The notes under the pieces: model-generated
The model's database searches: none
What the model was told of the DNA's origin: nothing
The model's input: only the letters and a program-made list of their open reading frames with translations
In this document: one piece after another, positions 19,487-29,599 of the stretch
How the letters are laid out: each line of letters begins with the position of its first letter
How positions within the stretch are numbered: position 1 is the first letter of the stretch
Position numbers and translations under genes: made by a program
Origin: Vicinamibacteria bacterium
GTDB lineage: Bacteria > Acidobacteriota > Vicinamibacteria > Marinacidobacterales > Marinacidobacteraceae
Reading direction: 5' to 3'
DNA length: 64,000 nucleotides
NCBI GenBank assembly: GCA_964291235.2
Contig: OZ219816.1
Span: 160,001-224,000, forward strand

Positions 19487-19589
19487 CAGCGGGAACTCGG
19501 GCGGCGGAACTCTACGCCGGGCTGCGGCGCCGCGATGCCGGGGTGAGGTCGGCCCGGTTTTCGCGGTGGGGGCTCCCGTGAGTGTGGGC

Positions 19590-19791
19590 TACCAAGGCTG
19601 CGAAGGGCCCCGCCGAGAGGGGAACCATCGTGGCGCTGGGGGGACCGTCCCGCCGCCCCGCTTCGCGGGGCTGTGCCGACCTGGAGGTCGGCGTTCCCGT
19701 GCCTGTGGCACCGTGGAGGTGGGGGGCGTTGTGCGTTTCGCGGCCCGGCGGGCCGCGATGCCGGCCAGAGGTCGGCGCTCCTGGCGCTCCT
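19590..19791. repeat. One copy of the ~120-bp REP unit plus a second REP subtype
   Basis: CGCCGAGAGGGGAACCA...GGGCTGTGCCGACCTGGAGGTCGGCGTTCCC matches the 7809 unit. It is followed by GTTTCGCGGCCCGGCGGGCCGCGATGCCGGCCAGAGGTCGGCGCTCC. Confidence 0.8.
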
Positions 19792-19812
19792 CGGGCTCCT
19801 TGCGTTCCCTGC

Positions 19813-22146
19813 CTAGAACCGGAACAGACGGGTGAACTTGACGATGAACGACTGGGTGTTCAGTTCGGGGTATCCGGGCGCCAGGGTGTCCCGCAGGGAG
19901 TTGTAAACCACGTAGAAGTCGCTGCCCGGCTGGTACTCCCAGCGGAAGCGCACATTCGTGGAGAGGCTGTTCGCGGCGGTGTTGTATTGCAAGAACCCCG
20001 CGAGGAAGCTGCGGGGCGAGAGCGTGTAGGTGATCCGGGACGCGATCAGGCTGGTGTCGTAGTCGCCGGTCGGCAGGTCGATCCAGTTCATCGAGACGCC
20101 GGGCTCGAGGGAGAAGCGCGTCGTCACCTCCACCCGGCCGCGCCACGCCGCCTCCCGGCGGGTCCCGGAGAAAAACCCGCCCTGCTGGAAGGCGAAGTTC
20201 CCGGAGATCGGCCGCTGCGGGCCGGCCTGGTAGCTGACCCGGAAGTGATCGAAGTCGTATGGACCCGCCCCCACGCCGATCCCCTCGTCCTCGTCTAGCA
20301 GGAACGCTTCGCTCAGCACCTCGTGGTTCCGGGCGGCGTTCAGGTTGAGCCGGTCCCCGTTCTCGAGTTCGACGTCGGTACGCAGGGAGAAGATCCGGGT
20401 CTCGAGGACGGATTCGTTGTCGGTGGTGTAGTCCACGCTGCCGGTCCAGCCGATCTTGCGCAGCCAGGAGATGGAGTGCGGCCGGGGGCTGAAGCGCGCC
20501 TCGGCGTAGTTCCGCTGGAAGTCCCGGCGGCGCAGGAACCCGATTCCCGGATCGAATCCGTCGCCGACCACGAGCCGTTCCGTCTTGAGCCCGTATCGGT
20601 CGCCGTTGTAGTCGAACTGGCCGAGATAGCTCATTCCGGTCTCGTCTTCGAGTTCGTTCTGCGTCCAGGCGGCGTAGGCCTGGATGTCGAGGTTCTCGAA
20701 GAGACCGAAGCGGGCGTCCATCCCGTAGGCGAAGTTCCGTCCCAGTCCGCTTTGGGTGTGAGAGCGATAGGTGCCCATGACGCCCACCGTGCTGCGGTTC
20801 AGGATGTCGCGCTTCAGCCGCAGGACCGAGAAGTCGGTCTCCGGAGCGCCCGCGGCGCTGTTCGCGCCGCTGCGGATCGCGAGTGCCCCGACGCCAAAGT
20901 CCCCGAGTTTCCCGGTCACCCGACCTCCGCCGAGGATCGGCACTACCTGGCCGCCGGCAATCCCGATCTGGCGGCTGAAGAAGAGCACCGGAGTGCTGCT
21001 CGGCTGGCCGAAGCTGCGCGTGGATCCGGACGGCGGCGCCCGCGAGGCGGTGCCGAAGGTGAAGATCCCCTGCCCTTCGAGGAAGAACTCCCGCTTTTCC
21101 GGGAAGAAGAGGCTGAAGCGGGTGAGGTTGATCTGCTGGGCGTCCGCCTCCACCTGGGCGAAGTCGGTGTTCCAGGTGAGATCGGCGGTGAGTCCGCTGG
21201 TGATCCCCACCTTCGCGTCCACTCCGAAGTCACTGCCGTAGTTCCGTTCCAGCCCGCCGCCGTCGGCTCGGATGCCGGCGCCGTCGCCGATCAGGTAGGG
21301 CTTGACCTCGACGGTGCGCGAGCTGGCCGGCGCCTCGACGCCCACCAGGGTGCCCGCCGAACTCACCTTGGTGATGGCGCGGGGCCCCATGGCGGCGGGA
21401 AGCCGGGTCAGATAGGAGTACTCGTTCTTCCAGCGCACGATGCGGCGAAAGTTGATCCCCCAGACCTGGGGACCGCCGCCGGCATAGCGCAGCGTCTTGA
21501 ACGGGATCGCCATCTCCATGGTCCAGCCGTTTTCGAACCGGGCTGCCCGGGAGTCCCAGACCGCCGTCCAGTCGCGGTTGATGTTCAACTCGTCCACGAT
21601 CAGGCCGTCGAAGAACCCGCCGAGCGGGTTCAGGTAGAAGAAGAAGGCGTTCCGGCGGTCGTAGAAGGTGTCGAGGATGACCGCGAGGTTCTCGTTGTTG
21701 TGGATGCCGAAGTGGTCGCGCCGCATTTCGGTGGCCAGCATCCGGTCGGGCTGGCTGTCCCAGCAGCGGCCGGCGACGTAGAGCGTCTCGTCGTCGTAGA
21801 AGACCCAGACCTCGGTCGCCTCGGTGGCGGGCTCGCCCTCGAGGGGCAGTCCCTGGATGAAACCGCCCACCCCGGGCACCCGGTCGTAGATGGCGTCGTC
21901 AAGACGGCCGTCTAGCTCGAACGGCTCGGTGAGGCGGGTGGCGCGCATGGTGGCGCCGCCGGCGTCGTCGCGCCGGACCATCTCGGGAAGGTCCGGAGGC
22001 GCGGGGCCGCGTACGACGGTCCCAGACGCCGAGGCTGAGCCTTGGCCGTCCTGGGGTTCGTCGCGCTGGGCGGACTGCGCCCACAGGGAGGCTGGAACGA
22101 TCAGGGCCGCGCCGGCGAGGACGAAGCGGGACGCCTGACGGGACAA
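19813..22146 (-). CDS. DUF5916/CBM9-like protein, paralog A3
   Basis: Same motifs; TTG start 7 nt after a TAGAGT -10-like hexamer. Confidence 0.82.
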   Translation of the reverse strand: MSRQASRFVLAGAALIVPASLWAQSAQRDEPQDGQGSASASGTVVRGPAPPDLPEMVRRDDAGGATMRATRLTEPFELDGRLDDAIYDRVPGVGGFIQGLPLEGEPATEATEVWVFYDDETLYVAGRCWDSQPDRMLATEMRRDHFGIHNNENLAVILDTFYDRRNAFFFYLNPLGGFFDGLIVDELNINRDWTAVWDSRAARFENGWTMEMAIPFKTLRYAGGGPQVWGINFRRIVRWKNEYSYLTRLPAAMGPRAITKVSSAGTLVGVEAPASSRTVEVKPYLIGDGAGIRADGGGLERNYGSDFGVDAKVGITSGLTADLTWNTDFAQVEADAQQINLTRFSLFFPEKREFFLEGQGIFTFGTASRAPPSGSTRSFGQPSSTPVLFFSRQIGIAGGQVVPILGGGRVTGKLGDFGVGALAIRSGANSAAGAPETDFSVLRLKRDILNRSTVGVMGTYRSHTQSGLGRNFAYGMDARFGLFENLDIQAYAAWTQNELEDETGMSYLGQFDYNGDRYGLKTERLVVGDGFDPGIGFLRRRDFQRNYAEARFSPRPHSISWLRKIGWTGSVDYTTDNESVLETRIFSLRTDVELENGDRLNLNAARNHEVLSEAFLLDEDEGIGVGAGPYDFDHFRVSYQAGPQRPISGNFAFQQGGFFSGTRREAAWRGRVEVTTRFSLEPGVSMNWIDLPTGDYDTSLIASRITYTLSPRSFLAGFLQYNTAANSLSTNVRFRWEYQPGSDFYVVYNSLRDTLAPGYPELNTQSFIVKFTRLFRF

Positions 22147-22180
22147 GGGAGGAACTCTAAGGACCGGGAGGCGGAGCCTG

Positions 22181-24517
22181 TCAGAACCGGAAAAGGCGGG
22201 TGAACTTGACGATGAAGGCCTGGGTGTTCAGTTCGGGGTACCCGGGCATCAAGGTGTCACGGAGTGAGTTGTACACGAGATAGAAGTCGCTGCCCGGCTG
22301 GTACTCCCAGCGAAACCGGACGTTCGTGGAGAGGCTGTTCGCGGCGCTGTTGTACTGCAGGAACGCGGCGAGAAAGCTGCGGGGAGACAGGTTGTAGTTG
22401 ATCCTCGAAGCGACCAGCCGGGTGTCGTAGTTGCCGTCCGGAAGGGCGATCCAGTTCAGGGAAATGATGGGCTCGACGATGAGGTGGGGAACGACCTCGA
22501 GCCGGCCGCGCCAGGCGAGCTCGCGCCGGGTCCCCGAGAAGAACCCGCCCTGCTGATACGAGAAGGTCCCCGAGATCGGCCGCTGGGGCCCGGCCCGGTA
22601 GCTGAGGCGGGCGTAGTCGAAGTCGTGGGGTCCGGTAGCCACTGCAAGGTCGCCGGCCAGACGGAATTCCTCGTGAAGCACCTCCCGGTTGCGCGCCGCC
22701 TGGAACTGGGCGCTGTCCCCGTTCTCCAACTCGACGTCGGAGCGGAGCGCGAAGATCCGGGTTTCCAGATTCCCGTTGGTGTCCGTGGTGTAGTCGAGAC
22801 TGCCGGTCCCACCGATCTTCCGCAGCCAGGAGATCGAGCGGGGCCGGGGGCTGAAGCGCGCCTCCGCGTAGTTGCGCCGGAAGTCCCGGCGGCGCAGGAA
22901 GCCGAGCCCGGGATCGAAGCCCTCGCCGACCACCAGCCGCTCGAACTGGAGTCCGTAACGGTCGGCCTGGTAGTCGAACTGGCCGCGGTAGCTCATGCCG
23001 GTCCGGTCCTCATATTCGTTCTTCGTCCAGGCCGCGTAGCTGCGAATGTCGAGGTTCTCGTAGAGCCCGAAGCGCGCGTCCATCCCGTAGGCGGTGTTGC
23101 TTCCCAGACCGTCTGCGGCGCCCGAGCGGTAGGTGCCCATCACCCCGACCGTGCTGCGGCCCAGGATGTCCCGCTTCAGCCGGAATACCGAAAAGTCGGT
23201 TTCGGGGGCGCCCGCGGCAAGGCTCTCGCCGCTACGGATCGCGAGCGCGCCGACGCCGAAGTCGCCGATCTTGCCCGTCACCCGGGCGCCGCCGCGGATC
23301 GGCGCCACCTGGTTTCCGGCGATGCCGATCCGGCGGCTGAAGAAGAGGAGCGGGACGCTGCTCGGCGCTCCGAAGCGCCGGCTCGAGGCGCGCGGGGTGC
23401 GCTCCGAGGTTCCGAAGGCGAAGAGCCCCTGCCCTTCGAGAAAGAACTCGCGCTTTTCGGGGAAGAAGAGGCTGAACCGGGTCAGGTTGATCTGCTGGGC
23501 ATCCGCCTCGACCTGGGCGAAGTCGGTGTTCCAGGTCAGGTCGGCGGTGAGCCCGCTGGTGATGCCGACCTTGGCGTCCACCCCGAAATCGCCCCCGAAG
23601 TCCCGGTCGAGGGCGCCGCTCTCGGCCTGGGCCGCGGCGGCGTCCCCCGTGAGGTACGGCTTCACCTCGATGGTCCGCGAACTGGGCGGCGCCTCGAGGC
23701 CGACCAGGGTCGCATAGGAACTCACCTTGGTGATCGACCAGATCCCGAGGGCGGCCGGGAGTTGGGTCAGGTAGGAGATTTCGTTCTTCCAGCGGACGAC
23801 CCGGCGGAAGTTGATGCCCCACACCTGTGGGCCCGCGGCGGGGTAGCGGAGGGTCTTGAACGGAAACCGCAGTTCGGTCGTCCAGCCGTTCTCGAACCAG
23901 GCGGTCCGGGAGTCCCACACCGCGGTCCAGTCGCGGTTGAAGTTCCGCTCGTCGGTGATGAGGCCGTCGAAGAACCCGCCCAGGGGGTTGAGGTAGAAGA
24001 TGAACGCGTTCCGGCGGTCGTAGAAGGTGTCGAAGGTGACGGCCAGGTGCTGGTTGAGCCAGATGCTCCCGTGGTCGCGCCGGAGTTCGGTGGCCACGAT
24101 CCGGTGGGGCTGGGTGTCCCAGGCGCGGCCGGCGATGTAGATCGCCTCGTCGTCGAAGAAGACCCAGACCTCGGTCTTTTCGGTGGCCGGCGCTCCTTCG
24201 AGCGGCTCGGTCTGGATGAAGTCGCTGATTCCGGGAACCCGCTCGTAGATGGCTTCATCGAGGCGGCCGTCGAAGTCGAGCGGCTCCTCCAGGCGGACGG
24301 CCCGAATGGTGGCGCCACCCTGGTCGTCGCGCCGGATCATCGCCGGGGGGTCCGGCGGCGCGGGACCGTGGATCACGGGAGCCGGCCCTTGAGCCCGAGT
24401 TGATGGCTCCTGCTGAGAAGCCCCGGCCTGCGGTGGCTTCCCGGGCGGCGACGGGACTGCGGTAGCCGGGACGACGAGCAGCCCGGCGGCCAGCGCGAGG
24501 GCGCTGGAACCGGCCAC
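22181..24517 (-). CDS. DUF5916/CBM9-like protein, paralog A4
   Basis: Same motifs; GTG start; signal peptide. Confidence 0.82.
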   Translation of the reverse strand: MAGSSALALAAGLLVVPATAVPSPPGKPPQAGASQQEPSTRAQGPAPVIHGPAPPDPPAMIRRDDQGGATIRAVRLEEPLDFDGRLDEAIYERVPGISDFIQTEPLEGAPATEKTEVWVFFDDEAIYIAGRAWDTQPHRIVATELRRDHGSIWLNQHLAVTFDTFYDRRNAFIFYLNPLGGFFDGLITDERNFNRDWTAVWDSRTAWFENGWTTELRFPFKTLRYPAAGPQVWGINFRRVVRWKNEISYLTQLPAALGIWSITKVSSYATLVGLEAPPSSRTIEVKPYLTGDAAAAQAESGALDRDFGGDFGVDAKVGITSGLTADLTWNTDFAQVEADAQQINLTRFSLFFPEKREFFLEGQGLFAFGTSERTPRASSRRFGAPSSVPLLFFSRRIGIAGNQVAPIRGGARVTGKIGDFGVGALAIRSGESLAAGAPETDFSVFRLKRDILGRSTVGVMGTYRSGAADGLGSNTAYGMDARFGLYENLDIRSYAAWTKNEYEDRTGMSYRGQFDYQADRYGLQFERLVVGEGFDPGLGFLRRRDFRRNYAEARFSPRPRSISWLRKIGGTGSLDYTTDTNGNLETRIFALRSDVELENGDSAQFQAARNREVLHEEFRLAGDLAVATGPHDFDYARLSYRAGPQRPISGTFSYQQGGFFSGTRRELAWRGRLEVVPHLIVEPIISLNWIALPDGNYDTRLVASRINYNLSPRSFLAAFLQYNSAANSLSTNVRFRWEYQPGSDFYLVYNSLRDTLMPGYPELNTQAFIVKFTRLFRF

Positions 24518-24546
24518 AGCCCGGGATCCTGGTCCGGACCCCCGGA

Positions 24547-26958
24547 TCAGAAACGGAACAGGCGGGTGAACTTGACGACCAGCGCCCGGTCGGTCAGCCC
24601 CGACAGCGCGTCGTCCCCGTCGCGGTTCGTGCTGAAGACGACGAACACGTCGCTGCCCGGCGAGTATTCCCAGCGGAAGCGCACGTTGGCCGACATCAGT
24701 TGGGCGGCCGAGTTGTACTGAACGAGCGCCCCGACGAAGCTCTGCGGGGAGACGGTGTAGGTGGCGCGGAGACGGGTCACCTGGGCCTGCACTTCGCCGC
24801 CCGGCACCTCGATCCAGTTGAGGCTGATGTTCGGCTCCATGGAAAAGCGCCGGTTCACCTCGGCGCGTCCCCAGTAGCTCACTTCCTGGCGGGTGCCCCC
24901 GAAGAAGTCCCCGAACTCGTAGCGGACATACCCGGAGACAGCGCGGTGTGTTCCCAACCAGAAGCGAATACCGCTACGGGCGAAGCGGTAGTTGCCAGCC
25001 GGAACCGCAACGTCGCTGGAGAGGTCGAAACCGTCGAGGAGATGTTCCTCCGTCATCGAGTGCGTCACCACCAGGCGGTCGCTGCTCTCGAAGATGGCGC
25101 GTCCCTCGAAGGTGTATTCCCGCGTCTCCATCTCCCCGTCCAGCCGGTCGTACTGATTCGCGTCGGCCTTGAACTCGAACTGGCGGATGGCCTCGATGCC
25201 GCGTGGCCGCGGCGCCAGCGTGACGGACCCTCCGTTCTTGGTGAAGTCCCGCCGGCGGACGAAACCCATCCCCGGGTTGAAGTCGTCGCCGAGGTAGAGA
25301 CGCTCGGCCGAGACATCGAACAGGTCGGTGTCGTAGCGAAACTGTCCCATGTAGCTGGCCGCCTGATGTCCGGCCTCGACGCCGGGCTCGCTGGTGGCCA
25401 TGTAGAAGGTGTTGATCCGGATGTTCTCGCTCGGCGCGAAGTTGCCGTCCACCCCATAGAGGGAGTTGGACCCCGTCCCGTCGGAGTTGATGTTGCGGTG
25501 CGTCGCAATGACCCCGATGTTGGACCGCGAGAAGAGGTCCCGCTTCATCCGGAAGGCGCTGAAATTGGTGCTCTCCACGTCGAGGCCCGGCACGCCCTCC
25601 GTCTGGATGTTCATGAGTCCCATCTGGTAGGCGCCGGCCCGGCCGTGGAGCCGGGCGCCGCCCAGGATCGGCACCGCGCTGCCGCCGGAGATCCCGATGG
25701 ACCGGCTGAAGAACGGGATCGGAGCGTCGGACGGGCCCTGGCCGCCGAAGGCGCGGGTCTGCCGGCCACCGAAATCGAACACCCCCTGTCCCTCGAGGAA
25801 GAACTCGCGCTTTTCCGGGAAGAAGAGGCTGAAGCGACTCAGGTTGACCTGGGTCTCGTCGTCTTCCACCTGCGCGAAGTCGGTGTTCCAGGTGACGTCG
25901 GCGGTGAGTCCGTCCGTCACCCCGAACTTGAAATCGGCGCCGACGTCGCCGGACCACTCGTTCAGGGTGTCGTTCAGCGGAGCGTGTTGCTGGGAACCGA
26001 TCGCGTAGGGCTTGAGCTCCATCCGCCGCGATCCCGCGGGAGCTTCGAGCCCCACGAGCGTCGCCGCGTTGGAGAGACGGATCAGCGCTTCGCGGTTGTA
26101 GGCCTGCGGGGTGGCGGTGAAGAACACCTTCTCGTTCCGGTGCTTGATGTTGCGCTGGAAATTGATGCCCCAGAGCTGGGACCCTCCCGCCGCGTAGCGG
26201 AGCGACCGGAAGGGGATCCGGATTTCCGTGGTCCAACCGCCCTCGACGATCTCGCTCTTGGCCCACCAGACGGTGTTCCAGTCGCTGTTGGTGTTCCGTT
26301 CGTCGGTCACCTGGGCGTCGTAGAGGGCGCCGAGCGGGTTGGTGTGGAACAAGAAGCCGTTCCGGCGGTCGTAGAAGGTGTCGAGGACGATCTGGAAGCT
26401 GTCGTTCCAGCCGATGCTCATGTGGTCGCGGCGCATTTCGCCGGCCATCAACTCCTCCGCGTGTTCCTCTTCCATCTCCGCCGCGATGTAGAGGTTCTCC
26501 GCGTCGTAGAGCACCCAGACGCGGGTGGACTCCGACGCCGGAGCGCCCTCGTTCGGCTCCTGCTGGAGGAAGCCGTCCGCGGCCGGCACCTGGTCGTAGA
26601 CCGGATCGTCGAGTACCCCGTCCACGGTGAGTGGCTCGGCGAGCCGGAAGGCGCGGAGCGTTACCCGGCCGTCGGCGTCGCGGCTGACCGCTTCTCCGGC
26701 CTTCGGCGCGGGCGGACCGAGGATGCGGCTCGCCATCGCCGAAGGGACCGGCCCCTGTTGGTCTTCCGCCAGCCGGCCGCCGCCGCGGAGCGGGATCGCC
26801 AGATCATCCGAATCGTCCTGGAGCTGCCGATCCGCGGGCGGGGGAACGGGTCCCTCAGGGCCGGCGGGCACGGGGTTGCCGGCGAACGAAACGCCGGCTA
26901 GCAACACCGAGAGTCCCGCCACGGCAACGCCTCGCGAAAGAAATTGAAATGACGGCAA
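24547..26958 (-). CDS. DUF5916/CBM9-like protein, paralog B1
   Basis: Subfamily B motifs (DGVLDDPVY, AQVTDERNTNSDW, AQVEDDETQVNL). Start placed at TTG 26958 because it shares the GGGTACCGCYTC-TTGCCG context with B2. Confidence 0.8.
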   Translation of the reverse strand: MPSFQFLSRGVAVAGLSVLLAGVSFAGNPVPAGPEGPVPPPADRQLQDDSDDLAIPLRGGGRLAEDQQGPVPSAMASRILGPPAPKAGEAVSRDADGRVTLRAFRLAEPLTVDGVLDDPVYDQVPAADGFLQQEPNEGAPASESTRVWVLYDAENLYIAAEMEEEHAEELMAGEMRRDHMSIGWNDSFQIVLDTFYDRRNGFLFHTNPLGALYDAQVTDERNTNSDWNTVWWAKSEIVEGGWTTEIRIPFRSLRYAAGGSQLWGINFQRNIKHRNEKVFFTATPQAYNREALIRLSNAATLVGLEAPAGSRRMELKPYAIGSQQHAPLNDTLNEWSGDVGADFKFGVTDGLTADVTWNTDFAQVEDDETQVNLSRFSLFFPEKREFFLEGQGVFDFGGRQTRAFGGQGPSDAPIPFFSRSIGISGGSAVPILGGARLHGRAGAYQMGLMNIQTEGVPGLDVESTNFSAFRMKRDLFSRSNIGVIATHRNINSDGTGSNSLYGVDGNFAPSENIRINTFYMATSEPGVEAGHQAASYMGQFRYDTDLFDVSAERLYLGDDFNPGMGFVRRRDFTKNGGSVTLAPRPRGIEAIRQFEFKADANQYDRLDGEMETREYTFEGRAIFESSDRLVVTHSMTEEHLLDGFDLSSDVAVPAGNYRFARSGIRFWLGTHRAVSGYVRYEFGDFFGGTRQEVSYWGRAEVNRRFSMEPNISLNWIEVPGGEVQAQVTRLRATYTVSPQSFVGALVQYNSAAQLMSANVRFRWEYSPGSDVFVVFSTNRDGDDALSGLTDRALVVKFTRLFRF

Positions 26959-27067
26959 GAGGCGGTACCCGGGAACGCTGTTCCCCGTGCAGGAAGCGAA
27001 GACCACCCGCCATTTTAGCAGCCGGACCCGGTGGCCCTCCACCGCGAAACGGCGGCCGGAGGGCGTG

Positions 27068-29467
27068 TCAGAACCGGAAGAGGCGGGTGAATTTGACGAC
27101 CAGCGCGCGGTCGCTGAGACCGGAGAGGCCGTCGTTCCCGTCCCGGTTGGTGCTGAACACCACGAACAGGTCGCTGCCGGGGGAGTACTCCCAGCGGAAG
27201 CGCACGTTCGCCGAATAGAGCTCTGCCGCCGAGTTGTACTGGACGAGCGCCCCCAGGAAGCTCCGTGGTGAGACGGTGTAGGTGACGCGGATGCGGCTCA
27301 CCTGCGCCCGCACCTCGCCGCCGGGAACTTCAATCCAGTTCAGGCTGATGTTGGGCTCGAGGGAGAAGCGCTGGTTCACCTCGGCGCGTCCCATGTAGCT
27401 CACTTCCTGCCGGGTGCCGCCGAAGAAGTTGCCCCACTCGTAACGCAGGAATCCCGAAACCCGCCGGTGGGAGCCCATCCGGATCCGGACCCCCGTTCGC
27501 GAAAACCGGTAGTTGCCGGCGGGCACCGCGACGTCGCTGGAGAGATCGAACCCCTCGAGGAGGCGCTCATCGGTGATGGTGTGGTCGAACATGAGGCGAT
27601 CGCTGCTCTCGAGGATCGCGCGGGCGTCGAAGCGGTATTCACGCGTCTCCAGCTCGCCGTCGGGCCGGTCGTACTGGTTCGCCTCCGCCTTGAACTCGAG
27701 CTGACGGATCGCCTGGATCCCGCGCGGGCGCGGCGCGAGCTGGAACGAACCGCCGTTCTTCGTGAAGTCCCTGCGGCGGACGAAGCCCATTCCCGGGTTG
27801 AAGTCCCCGCCGAGATAGAGCCTTTCGGCGGTGACGTCGATCAGGTCGGTGTCGTAGCGGAACTGGCCCATGTAGCTCGCGGCGTTATGTCCCGTCTCCA
27901 CTTCCGGCTCGCTGGTCGCCATGTAGAAGGTGTTGAAGCGGATGTTGTCCGTCGGGGCGAAGTTCCCGTCCACGCCGTAGAGGGAGTTGGATCCGGAACC
28001 GTCGGCGCTGATGTTCCGGTGGGTGGCGATGACGCCGATGTTGGACCGTGCGAAGAGGTCGCGTTTCATCCGGAAGGCGCTGAAGTTCGTGCTCTCCACG
28101 TCGAGTCCGCCGACATCGCCGGTCTGAATGTTCATCAGGCCCATCTGGTAGGCGCCGGCCCGGCCGTGGAGGCGGGCGCCGCCCAGAATCGGTACCGCGC
28201 TGCCCCCGGAAATGCCGATGGACCGGCTGAAGAACGGGATGGGGACGTCGGTCGGCCCGCCGAAGAAACGGGTTTCGCGGCCGCCGAAGTCGAACACCCC
28301 CTGCCCCTCGAGGAAGAACTCGCGCTTTTCCGGATAGAACAGGCTGAAACGGCTCAGGTTTACCTGGGTTTCGTCGTCTTCGACCTGCGCGAAGTCGGTG
28401 TTCCAGGTGACGTCGGCAGTGAGCCCGTCGGTGACGCCGAACTTGAAGTCGGCACCGACATCCCCGGACCACTCGTTGTTGATGTCGCTCAGGGGAACGT
28501 GGCTCTGGGAGCCGATCGCGTACGGCTTCAGCTCCATCCGCCGCGAGCCGGCCGGCGCCTCGAGGCCCACGAGCGTCGCCGCGTTCGAGAGCCGCAACAG
28601 CGCGAACCGGTCGTACGCCTGGGGCGTCGGGGTGAAGAACACCTGTTCGTTGTTGTGCTTGATGCGGCGGCGGAAGTTGATTCCCCAGAGCTGGGGCCCA
28701 CCGGCGGCGTAGCGCAGCGACCGGAACGGGATCCGGATCTCGACGGTGTAGCGGTTCTCGAGACGGTGGGTGTCCACCCACCAGACGGTGTTCCAGTCGC
28801 TGTTGGTGTTCCGTTCGTCCGTCACCTGCGCGTCGAAGAGCGCGCCCAGCGCGTTCGTATGGAACAAGAAGCCGTTGCGCCGGTCGTAGAAGGTGTCGAT
28901 GACGATCGAGAAGCTGTCGCCCCAGTCGATATTCCGCTGGTCGCGCCGCATCTCGTTGGCCATCAGCAGCTCCGGGTGGTCTTCTTCCAGATCGGCGGCG
29001 ATGTAGATGCTGTCGGCGTCGTAGAACACCCAGACCCGGGTGGACTCCGACGCCGGGTCGCCTTCGATGGGCTCCTGTTGGGTGAATCCCTCCGCCGCCG
29101 GCACCTGGTCGTACACCGGGTCGTCGAGCACCCCGTCCACGGTGAGGGGCTCGGAGAGCCGGAAGGCCCGGAGCGTCACCCCGCCGTCGGCGCCCCGGCT
29201 CACGGCTTCGTCGGCGGCGGGCGCCGGCGGTCCGAGGATGCGGTCGGCCATCGCCGAGTCGAGCCCCTGCTGGCCCTCGGCGAGCCGGCCCGAGCCACGC
29301 GAGGACAGCCCGAGGTCGTCCTGCCCGTCCTGCACGCGGCGGTCCGCGGGCGGAACCGGTCCGTCCTGGGCAAAGGCCGCGTTACCGGCGACCAACGCAG
29401 GACCGGTCAGCAGGAACCCCAGCGCGGCTGCGACGGCGCCTCGCAACGCTTTGGGAGGAATCGGCAA
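27068..29467 (-). CDS. DUF5916/CBM9-like protein, paralog B2
   Basis: Colinear with B1; TTG start; C-terminal VKFTRLFRF. Confidence 0.82.
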   Translation of the reverse strand: MPIPPKALRGAVAAALGFLLTGPALVAGNAAFAQDGPVPPADRRVQDGQDDLGLSSRGSGRLAEGQQGLDSAMADRILGPPAPAADEAVSRGADGGVTLRAFRLSEPLTVDGVLDDPVYDQVPAAEGFTQQEPIEGDPASESTRVWVFYDADSIYIAADLEEDHPELLMANEMRRDQRNIDWGDSFSIVIDTFYDRRNGFLFHTNALGALFDAQVTDERNTNSDWNTVWWVDTHRLENRYTVEIRIPFRSLRYAAGGPQLWGINFRRRIKHNNEQVFFTPTPQAYDRFALLRLSNAATLVGLEAPAGSRRMELKPYAIGSQSHVPLSDINNEWSGDVGADFKFGVTDGLTADVTWNTDFAQVEDDETQVNLSRFSLFYPEKREFFLEGQGVFDFGGRETRFFGGPTDVPIPFFSRSIGISGGSAVPILGGARLHGRAGAYQMGLMNIQTGDVGGLDVESTNFSAFRMKRDLFARSNIGVIATHRNISADGSGSNSLYGVDGNFAPTDNIRFNTFYMATSEPEVETGHNAASYMGQFRYDTDLIDVTAERLYLGGDFNPGMGFVRRRDFTKNGGSFQLAPRPRGIQAIRQLEFKAEANQYDRPDGELETREYRFDARAILESSDRLMFDHTITDERLLEGFDLSSDVAVPAGNYRFSRTGVRIRMGSHRRVSGFLRYEWGNFFGGTRQEVSYMGRAEVNQRFSLEPNISLNWIEVPGGEVRAQVSRIRVTYTVSPRSFLGALVQYNSAAELYSANVRFRWEYSPGSDLFVVFSTNRDGNDGLSGLSDRALVVKFTRLFRF

Positions 29468-29599
29468 GAAGCGGTACCCCGGGGCGCGTCCCCACTCTCG
29501 GAGGCGCAGGGTGACAGTCAGTTTACGGAAAAGCCGGTCCCGGTCCCAACGCGTTCCGCCGGCCTGCCGGAGCGGCCGAAACCGGGGTTCGGAACCCCG

